DNA of 64,000 nucleotides from contig DEWC01000111.1 of assembly GCA_002363095.1 (NCBI GenBank), forward strand, positions 5,165 to 69,164, written 5' to 3'. The DNA is from Ruminococcaceae bacterium UBA3220 (lineage in GTDB: Bacteria; Bacillota; Clostridia; Oscillospirales; Acutalibacteraceae). The position numbers and the translations under genes were made by a program. Below are positions 56,500-62,878 of the stretch, in pieces. Below the pieces are notes generated by a model. It was not told the DNA's origin. It did no database searches and saw only the letters and a program-made list of their open reading frames with translations. Numbering within the stretch: position 1 is the first letter of the stretch; each line of letters opens with the position of its first letter.

Positions 56500-56655
56500 C
56501 CCGGCGAAACTGTTTTGCCGGCACGAACGCGGGCTTTGCAACCGTCCACCGGAAGGTCGCAATTTTGCTGTCGCAAAACCGCCCTTTTCAAGTCTTGTCA
56601 TACACTGCAAGCAACAAGAAATCCCGCCTCACCGCAAAAGCGGTAAAGCGGGATT

Positions 56656-56690
56656 TGGTCCGAGTGACAAGACCCCGACTTGCGGCCTCT
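56656..56690 (-). pseudogene. Degenerate 3' fragment of tRNA-Pro (variable loop through CCA, T-loop mutated)
   Basis: 35 nt match 56892-56926 except CCCG for TTGA in the T-loop; no pairing 5' half; followed on the minus strand by hairpin 56618-56655. Confidence 0.7.
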
Positions 56691-56809
56691 TTCGTCTGCT
56701 TCGCATACTATCGGCTCGACGACCGCAAAGGTTCCCTTTGCAGTACCCGTCTGCGCCCCTTTTTGCTGAAAAAATGCCATTCAGGCATTTTTCCTTAACG
56801 CAAAAACCC

Positions 56810-56912
56810 TTCCGGGTCAAGAGCCCGCAAGGATAAAACATTGTGATTCGAATGAAAAAAGCCCTCGGTGCAAAAGCACCGAGAACTTTTTTGGTCCGAG
56901 TGACAAGACTTG
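56810..56912. repeat. 103-bp direct repeat, copy 2 (overlaps the 3' end of the intact tRNA-Pro)
   Basis: See copy 1. Shadow ORFs 56283-56591 and 56795-56995 translate to near-identical peptides (SCHSDQKSSRCFC...), which confirms the repeat. Confidence 0.9.
56853..56883 (-). terminator. Intrinsic terminator after tRNA-Pro
   Basis: The minus strand reads CTCGGTGC-TTTT-GCACCGAG GGCTTTTTTC. Confidence 0.75.
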
Positions 56913-56967
56913 AACTTGCGGCCTCTTGACCCCCAGTCAAGCGCGCTACCAGCTGCGCCACACCCGG
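56892..56967 (-). tRNA. tRNA-Pro, anticodon GGG, CCA encoded
   Basis: Hand-folded rc: CCGGGTG TG GCGC AGCTGGTA GCGC G CTTGA CTGGGGG TCAAG AGGCC GCAAG TTCAAGT CTTGT CACTCGG A CCA. All four stems pair, with U33 and G37. Confidence 0.85.
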
Positions 56968-57011
56968 AAATGTGAAGATATGCCGAAAAGCGCATATCTT
57001 ATATGCGAAAA

Positions 57012-57275
57012 TTAATCTTCAAAGCCGGAATTTACGAGATTTACAAGGCCTTCGAGCGCCTCTTTTTCGTCGCTTCCGTCAACAATGATCTTGATTGTGG
57101 TACCGCCGACGATACCAAGAGAAAGAACGCCTAAAAGGCTCTTTGCATTGACCTTGCGCTCATCCTTTTCAACCCAGATAGAAGACTTGAATTCGTTTGC
57201 TTTCTGAATAAAAAAGGTTGCGGGGCGAGCATGTAAGCCTACCTGATTTTTTATGGTAACTTCTTTAACGCACAT
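57012..57275 (-). CDS. ptsH: Phosphocarrier protein HPr
   Basis: 87 aa; GLHARPA (His15) and NAKSLLGVLSLG (Ser46) motifs. Confidence 0.92.
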   Translation of the reverse strand: MCVKEVTIKNQVGLHARPATFFIQKANEFKSSIWVEKDERKVNAKSLLGVLSLGIVGGTTIKIIVDGSDEKEALEGLVNLVNSGFED

Positions 57276-57318
57276 AAAAATTCTCCTTCAAAGACACCGC
57301 GAAGATTTTACATTTATC

Positions 57319-57346
57319 ATTATACCACAATAAATGAAATCGTCAA
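57319..57346 (-). promoter_or_regulatory. Sigma-A type promoter of ptsH (TTGACG-16-TATAAT, TG-extended)
   Basis: The minus strand reads TTGACGATTTCATTTATTGTGGTATAAT. Confidence 0.55.
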
Positions 57347-57432
57347 TATTTTGTGAAAAAGTTCTAAAATTTTTCCAACAATTGACTGCTTGATAGGGTC
57401 GTATTTGGTCAAAATTACGAATATGAATGCCG

Positions 57433-58155
57433 TTAGCCGTCAAGAAGCTTTATGTCGTTTTTATCGAGTTTGATTTTTTCGAACATTTCGGGTCGGCGTT
57501 GTTTTGTTATAATAAGAGACTGTTTGCGCTTCCATTTTGCAATTTCGGCGTGATTGCCCGAAAGAAGCGTTTCGGGTACGGTTTTTTCGTGCCAAACGGC
57601 AGGCCGTGTATACTGCGGATGCTCGAGAAGACCTGCGAAATGGCTTTCTTCCTCAAAGCAGAGGTCGTCTGATAAAACACCCGGTAACATCCGGCAGACA
57701 GCGTCGGCAAGGCACAGCGCAGGGAGTTCACCCCCGGTCAGGACATAATCGCCGATGGACACTTCCTCGTCGACTATTTCCTCTATAACGCGCTCGTCAA
57801 TGCCCTCGTAATGACCGCATAGAAGCACTATCCTATCGAGTTTTGAAAGTTCAACGACCCTTTGCTGCGTAAGTGTTTTACCTTTTGGGGACATATAGAT
57901 AAGATGAGGCTTGGGCTCGTTTTCCGAAAAGAGACTTTTATAACAGTTATAAATCGGGTCTGCCGCCATAATCATACCCATGCCGCCGCCGTAGGGCATA
58001 TCATCGACCTTGTTATGTTTATTGCCGGCAAAGTCGCGAATGTTTGTGCAAACGATTTCGACCTTTCCCGATTTTCTTGCTCTTCCGATAATGCTTTCCG
58101 ACATAACGGTATCACACATTTCGGGGAAGAGGGTCATAATATCAATTCTCATCAA
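57433..58155 (-). CDS. trmD: tRNA (guanine37-N1)-methyltransferase
   Basis: 240 aa; IDIMTLFPEM, GGGMGM, CGHYEGIDERV motifs. Confidence 0.93.
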   Translation of the reverse strand: MMRIDIMTLFPEMCDTVMSESIIGRARKSGKVEIVCTNIRDFAGNKHNKVDDMPYGGGMGMIMAADPIYNCYKSLFSENEPKPHLIYMSPKGKTLTQQRVVELSKLDRIVLLCGHYEGIDERVIEEIVDEEVSIGDYVLTGGELPALCLADAVCRMLPGVLSDDLCFEEESHFAGLLEHPQYTRPAVWHEKTVPETLLSGNHAEIAKWKRKQSLIITKQRRPEMFEKIKLDKNDIKLLDG

Positions 58156-58648
58156 AAATACCCTCCATCGGGTTTATCACAATCTTTCCGTTTTCAATAT
58201 CCACCGATACAACAACACTTTCGATTGCGGGAATAAGATATTCCTTTTCGCCCCTTTTAATATGCCAGACATCATTAGCGCCCGTTTTTGAAACATCGCT
58301 TAAAACGCCCAAAAGTTCGCCCGATTTTTGGTCGAAAACCTTTGATGAAAGCAGTTCTTCAATAAAGTATCTGCCTTCGGGGATGTCGGCATCGCTCCGT
58401 CTGACCCGTAAAACCTTGTTTCGCAGTTTCTCGGCGTCCTCGATGGAATTTACATTTTCGAACAGAATTATTGCGATATTGCCGTGTGGCTTTACCGAAA
58501 TAATATTAAGAGGGGAGTTATCGGGTAAAAAAACGGTTTTGATATTTGCCAAAAAGTCGGCGTCATCCGACCACGGTTGAAAGCGCACGGCGCCTTTTAT
58601 TCCGTGGGTGCCGACAATTTTTCCCGCTTCCAGAAATTGCTTTATCAA
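58142..58648 (-). CDS. rimM: 16S rRNA processing protein RimM
   Basis: 168 aa; GKIVGTHGIKG start, PRC-barrel C-terminal part; overlaps trmD. Confidence 0.88.
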   Translation of the reverse strand: MIKQFLEAGKIVGTHGIKGAVRFQPWSDDADFLANIKTVFLPDNSPLNIISVKPHGNIAIILFENVNSIEDAEKLRNKVLRVRRSDADIPEGRYFIEELLSSKVFDQKSGELLGVLSDVSKTGANDVWHIKRGEKEYLIPAIESVVVSVDIENGKIVINPMEGIFDEN

Positions 58649-58729
58649 GATATAACCCCCTCAGATAAACCGATACCCCCAAAGATAGGGGGTAAAAACG
58701 GTTTTCGTGAAAATACGAACGGTATTTAA

Positions 58730-58963
58730 TTAGTCGATTTCAACCATTACCTTCTGTTCGTTGCGGGAAGCGGCGGCGCGCATAACGGTGCGGATAGCCT
58801 TGGCAATTCTGCCTTCTTTTCCGATAACGCGGCCCATATCGCCCTCGGCAACATTAAGATGATAAACGGTGATGCCTTCTTCGTTCGGCTCGTCAACGGT
58901 AACATTAACGGCTGACGGATCTTCAACTAAACCCTGTGCGATTGTAACTAATAATTCTTTCAT
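58730..58963 (-). CDS. KH-domain RNA-binding protein (YlqC/UPF0109)
   Basis: 77 aa; GRVIGKEGRIAKAIR KH motif; lies between rpsP and rimM. Confidence 0.85.
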   Translation of the reverse strand: MKELLVTIAQGLVEDPSAVNVTVDEPNEEGITVYHLNVAEGDMGRVIGKEGRIAKAIRTVMRAAASRNEQKVMVEID

Positions 58964-58984
58964 GATAAAATTCTCCTCAAATGA

Positions 58985-59230
58985 TTATTCAATAATTCCG
59001 TTTTTCTTAAGCAAAGCCTTGACCGTGTCGGTGGGTTGAGCACCGTTTTTTATCCACTGCTTTGCCTTGTCGCCGTCGATGTTAACCGCGGCGGGGTCCT
59101 TTGTCGGGTCATATGTTCCGATTTCTTCGATGAAACGACCGTTGCGTGGATATCTTGAATCGGCAACAACAACGCGATAGAAGGGGGCTTTTTTTGCGCC
59201 TAAACGGCGAAGTCTGATTTTAACCGCCAT
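58985..59230 (-). CDS. rpsP: 30S ribosomal protein S16
   Basis: 81 aa; [26 protein letters not shown]. Confidence 0.95.
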   Translation of the reverse strand: MAVKIRLRRLGAKKAPFYRVVVADSRYPRNGRFIEEIGTYDPTKDPAAVNIDGDKAKQWIKNGAQPTDTVKALLKKNGIIE

Positions 59231-59281
59231 ACCTTAATACACCTCCAAAACAAAAATCATATTTAAAAGGAATTTAAATCC

Positions 59282-60631
59282 TTATAAACCGAAATCCTGC
59301 GGATTAAATCCGTTCATACCGCGCATCATTTTGCGCTTTCCGTGTTTTCCGCCCATCTGTTTGAACATTTTTTTCATTTGTTCGTATTGCTTTAAAAGGC
59401 GGTTTACTTCCTCTACCGTAAGCCCGCAGCCGGCGGCAATACGGCGTTTTCTTGAAGCATTTATAATATCGGGTTTTGAGCGTTCCTTTTTGGTCATTGA
59501 TTTGATAATCGCCTCAACCCGAAGCATTTGGCGGTCGTCAATATCCACATCTTTAAGCTGTTTGCCAACGCCCGGTATCATTGAAAGAAGATTTTTAAGA
59601 TTACCCATCTTTTTTATCTGTCCGAACTGTTCGAGCAAATCGTTCATATCGAATTTATTTTGTTCAAGGCGACGGGCTGCCTCTTCGGCTTTTTTCTCAT
59701 CAAGCTCGGTTTCGACCTTTTCGATAAGCGAGAGCATATCGCCCATCCCTAAGATTCGGGTTGCCATACGGTCGGGGTGGAATTCCTCTAACGCATCGAG
59801 CTTTTCACCTACGCCGGCAAACATAATCGGCTTTCCGGTAACCGCTTTTACCGAGAGGGCGGCACCGCCACGAGTATCGCCGTCAAGTTTTGTGAGGATA
59901 ATGCCGTCGATTTCAAGTATATCGTTAAAGGCTTTGGCAACATTAACGGCATCCTGGCCGACCATTGAGTCAACAACCAGTAAAATATTGTCTATCTCTG
60001 CCGCTTTTGTAATTCTTATCAACTCATCCATTAACTCCGAATCGACATGAAGACGACCGGCAGTATCAAGAATGACATAGTCGTGCCCGTAATCCCTTGC
60101 ATATGAAATTGCTTCAACAATGGTTTTTTCGGGCTTTTGTGTACCCTTTTCGAAAACGGGAACACCTACTTGGCTGCCGACTACTTTTAACTGGTCAATG
60201 GCGGCAGGGCGGTAGATATCTCCCGCGACAAGCATGGGTCGATGTCCCTTCGTTTTAAGAAATTTAGCAAGCTTGGCGCAGTGGGTCGTTTTACCCGAGC
60301 CTTGAAGACCGCACATCATTATAACGGTAGGTATTCTCGAAGCGGTTTTTAGGCGCGCCTGCTCGTTGCCCATTAAAGCGGTCAATTCCTCACGGACGAT
60401 TTTAATGACCGTTTGGGCGGCGGTAAGACTCTCCATTATGTTTTCGCCGATGCATTTTTCGGTAACCTTGTTGGTGAAGTCCTTCGCTACTTTATAGTTA
60501 ACATCGGCTTCTAAAAGGGCAAGGCGAACCTCACGCATAGCCTCTTTAACATCGGATTCACTGAGCCTTCCGCGGTTGCGGAGTTTTCTGAAAACTCCGG
60601 TTAGCTTGTCCGTTAAATTATCAAATGCCAT
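59282..60631 (-). CDS. ffh: Signal recognition particle protein Ffh
   Basis: 449 aa; GLQGSGKTT, DTAGR, TKLDGD GTPase motifs; Met-rich C-terminal M domain. Confidence 0.95.
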   Translation of the reverse strand: MAFDNLTDKLTGVFRKLRNRGRLSESDVKEAMREVRLALLEADVNYKVAKDFTNKVTEKCIGENIMESLTAAQTVIKIVREELTALMGNEQARLKTASRIPTVIMMCGLQGSGKTTHCAKLAKFLKTKGHRPMLVAGDIYRPAAIDQLKVVGSQVGVPVFEKGTQKPEKTIVEAISYARDYGHDYVILDTAGRLHVDSELMDELIRITKAAEIDNILLVVDSMVGQDAVNVAKAFNDILEIDGIILTKLDGDTRGGAALSVKAVTGKPIMFAGVGEKLDALEEFHPDRMATRILGMGDMLSLIEKVETELDEKKAEEAARRLEQNKFDMNDLLEQFGQIKKMGNLKNLLSMIPGVGKQLKDVDIDDRQMLRVEAIIKSMTKKERSKPDIINASRKRRIAAGCGLTVEEVNRLLKQYEQMKKMFKQMGGKHGKRKMMRGMNGFNPQDFGL

Positions 60632-60663
60632 AGGTCCACCTCCTCATAGAATTCAAAGAAAAA

Positions 60664-60975
60664 TCAGATATCGTCGATGATATCAAGCATTTTCCGAAGG
60701 GCGGTTTTATCGCCCGATTTTACCTTTTCGCTGAGGGCTTTAAGGGATAAAAACTTATCAAGATACCCGTACTTTTTTTCAAGTCCGTTAAGTTTTGCCG
60801 AGGCGCGCTTTATCAGGTCAAGCACCGCCTGACGGGTGATGTTTTCGTTTTCGGCTATCTCGGCAAGGGACAAGTCCTCGTCATAATAAGCCGAAACGAT
60901 GCGCCTTTGCTTATCGCTCAAAAATTCGCCGTAAACATCGTTAAGCGAGCCGAGCAACAGGTTCTTTTCAGCCAT
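60664..60975 (-). CDS. ylxM: YlxM/UPF0122 putative DNA-binding protein
   Basis: 103 aa; LSDKQRRIVSAYYDEDLSLAEIAENENITRQAV sigma-region-4-like HTH; precedes ffh. Confidence 0.85.
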   Translation of the reverse strand: MAEKNLLLGSLNDVYGEFLSDKQRRIVSAYYDEDLSLAEIAENENITRQAVLDLIKRASAKLNGLEKKYGYLDKFLSLKALSEKVKSGDKTALRKMLDIIDDI

Positions 60976-61018
60976 AAAACCAAATCCTCTGTAAAGTTTT
61001 TTTCTTTACACCTACGGT

Positions 61019-61047
61019 AGTATAGCATAAATATGTTCCGTTGTCAA
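61019..61047 (-). promoter_or_regulatory. Sigma-A type promoter of ylxM-ffh operon (TTGACA-17-TATACT)
   Basis: The minus strand reads TTGACAACGGAACATATTTATGCTATACT; 44 nt upstream of the ylxM ATG. Confidence 0.6.
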
Positions 61048-61180
61048 GTTTTTTCCCGAAAATGCCTTGACGACAGTTAGTAAAGGTCTGCAATCTAATA
61101 TATTTTCGGCATTTTTTACGGCAATTTTTGTTGACATAATTCTCCGTATTTCATTATTTATGCATAAAATGATTTTCACT

Positions 61181-61277
61181 TTATCCACAGAGTTATCCAC
61201 CGTTTTTTGGAAAAATATGGGAATATCCGTATTTTTTTGAAACAAAGTGTTAAGCATACGGTGGAAAAAGTGGATAA
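61181..61277. promoter_or_regulatory. Cluster of four DnaA-box-like 9-mers in head-to-head symmetry
   Basis: TTATCCACA 61181-61189 (perfect), TTATCCACC 61193-61201; on the minus strand, TTATCCACT (61269-61277) and TTTTCCACC (61260-61268). Confidence 0.6.
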
Positions 61278-61432
61278 CTGTTAGGTTGCGGCGGTTTACA
61301 TAACAACAAAATATGCATACATTTTTCGGCAAAAATTTACAAAATTGTAACTTGAATTTCCATATTTGGACAATAAGCCCTAAAAATAACGAATTCAGAC
61401 TTTTATAAGGCTTTTTGTACTTATAAACGGTT

Positions 61433-61753
61433 TTACAAAAGTATGTAAACGAGCGCGATAAGGGTAAGTTTGTCGGCATTCTCGCAAACAAGCAAAAGGA
61501 GAAGCCCTAAAATAAGTCCCAAATCTTTATCGTTTTTAAGACGCTCAAGAAAGGGGAAACCGCCGTTTTCGAGGTTAAACGGAAGCGAAAAATTAAAGCC
61601 TTCTTTTTCGCTTTGCTTTTTATCTCTGTCATTAAACAGTTTTACAAAATCCGGGGCGTGAACGCCGTTTTGGTTGGAAAAACTATTTCCTTTATATGAC
61701 ATCATCCGTTCGATTGCGTCCTGTTTTTGCCTTAGAAAATCGGTATCGTTCAA
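61433..61753 (-). CDS. Small hypothetical protein with C-terminal TM segment
   Basis: 106 aa; hydrophobic tail LGLILGLLLLLVCENADKLTLIALVYILL; third gene of a tightly packed trio. Confidence 0.5.
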   Translation of the reverse strand: MNDTDFLRQKQDAIERMMSYKGNSFSNQNGVHAPDFVKLFNDRDKKQSEKEGFNFSLPFNLENGGFPFLERLKNDKDLGLILGLLLLLVCENADKLTLIALVYILL

Positions 61754-61764
61754 ATTATTCCCTC

Positions 61765-62103
61765 CTAAAAAAGGTTTAATATCCCGCTTTCTTTAAGCAG
61801 AGGCAGCATATCTATAAGTTTTAAAAGTTTTATTGCGGTATCCACCTTTTTTTGTTTTTCGGGCGAAAGATTGGGGCGAAGAGCGGACAGAAGTGCCGTC
61901 CGCTTATCGTCCGGACGAGTTTTAAGCCGGGTGAAAATTCCGAGGATTTTTTGCGCCTCATCACCGCTTATTCCGAGAACGTCCGAATTATTGCTATCTT
62001 CCTCTTTTTCGGAGGAGAGCAGATTTTCGGCAAGAGCCTTAAATTGATTAAGGCTCTTTTCGTCCGATAATATTTCGTTAAGTTTCGCGCTTAAATCATC
62101 CAT
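61765..62103 (-). CDS. Small hypothetical acidic protein
   Basis: 112 aa; 8-nt overlap with the upstream ORF; no motif recognised. Confidence 0.5.
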   Translation of the reverse strand: MDDLSAKLNEILSDEKSLNQFKALAENLLSSEKEEDSNNSDVLGISGDEAQKILGIFTRLKTRPDDKRTALLSALRPNLSPEKQKKVDTAIKLLKLIDMLPLLKESGILNLF

Positions 62104-62335
62104 TGTTTTTACCGCCGAGCAGTTTCATAAGTTTCTTTGCGGCGTCGCTGTTTAAAAATTCCTCTCTTTTTTCTTTGCTTGAAAGAATATCTTTAACGCG
62201 TTTCGCGTCCTTTTCGGGCAGACGGTCAAGGAGCGCGGAAACATCGCCGCTTTTTGCCTTGCGGATATCATCGTCGTTTAATGCTCCGCCCGCAATCTTG
62301 TTTATATTATTATAAAAATTATTGTTGTTTTTCAC
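62096..62335 (-). CDS. Small hypothetical protein (GTG start)
   Basis: The track ORF extends to 62428, but GTG 62335 follows AGGGGGA and avoids overlap with the divergent gene; VKNNNNFYNNINKIAGG... Confidence 0.45.
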   Translation of the reverse strand: MKNNNNFYNNINKIAGGALNDDDIRKAKSGDVSALLDRLPEKDAKRVKDILSSKEKREEFLNSDAAKKLMKLLGGKNNG

Positions 62336-62393
62336 ATTAATTCCCCCTATAATATATATATGATAAAAATCACAATTTGTAGAAGGTGAATTT

Positions 62394-62870
62394 TTGCGGC
62401 TTCTTGTTTTATCCGATTCGCACGGCAAAAGCGAAAGATTAGAGGAAATAATCCGTAAGGAAACGGACGCTTTGCATATTTTCTTTTTAGGAGACCTTGT
62501 AAGGGATATCGAAAATCTTGTTTTTCTTTTCCCCGACAGAACCTTTCATATCGTTGCCGGCAACTGCGATTATTTTGCAACCGAAAAATCCGTTGACACG
62601 GTGAAACTTGCGGGCAAAAAAATTCTTTTTACCCACGGCCATAATTTCAGGGTAAAGTATGGCTCTGCCGAATACCTTGAAAGTTTTGCAAGACAAAACG
62701 GATGCGATATTGCCCTCTACGGGCATACCCATATCCCCGATATTGATATAAGGGGAGGCATTTTTCTTGTAAACCCCGGCTCGGTGGGGCATTCGCGAAG
62801 CGGACCCGAAACATACGCCGTTATCGATATCACGGGTGATAAAATCATTCCCAAGACCATAAAAATCTGA
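62394..62870 (+). CDS. YfcE-type metallophosphoesterase
   Basis: 158 aa; LVLSDSHG, GDL, GNCD, THGH, GHTH motifs in calcineurin-like order; TTG start after GAAGGTG. Confidence 0.85.
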   Translation: MRLLVLSDSHGKSERLEEIIRKETDALHIFFLGDLVRDIENLVFLFPDRTFHIVAGNCDYFATEKSVDTVKLAGKKILFTHGHNFRVKYGSAEYLESFARQNGCDIALYGHTHIPDIDIRGGIFLVNPGSVGHSRSGPETYAVIDITGDKIIPKTIKI

Positions 62871-62878
62871 GGGGTAAT

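Noticed and set aside
56479-56800. Could the tRNA-like 3' ends belong to tmRNA, SRP RNA, 6S RNA or RNase P RNA
   Set aside because: None of the expected features is present. There is no 5' partner for an acceptor stem, no tag-ORF/GGGG 5' end for tmRNA, no GGAAG-containing SRP domain IV motif in the right context, and no GAGGAAAGTCC for RNase P.
56283-56995. Several 60-119-aa ORFs on both strands across the tRNA/repeat region
   Set aside because: They run through the tRNA gene, terminator hairpins and the 103-bp repeat. The near-identical peptides simply reflect that repeat.
61100-61330. Primary chromosomal origin (oriC)
   Set aside because: There is no dnaA, dnaN or rpmH nearby, and only four boxes. 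The region is kept as a finding (a DnaA-box cluster), not called as oriC.
61012-61491. 159-aa ORF filling the ylxM upstream gap
   Set aside because: The composition is AT-rich and Lys/Phe/Asn/Ile-biased. The ORF overlaps the ylxM promoter and the 3' end of the neighbouring gene, and has no RBS. I treat the region as noncoding (DnaA-box gap).
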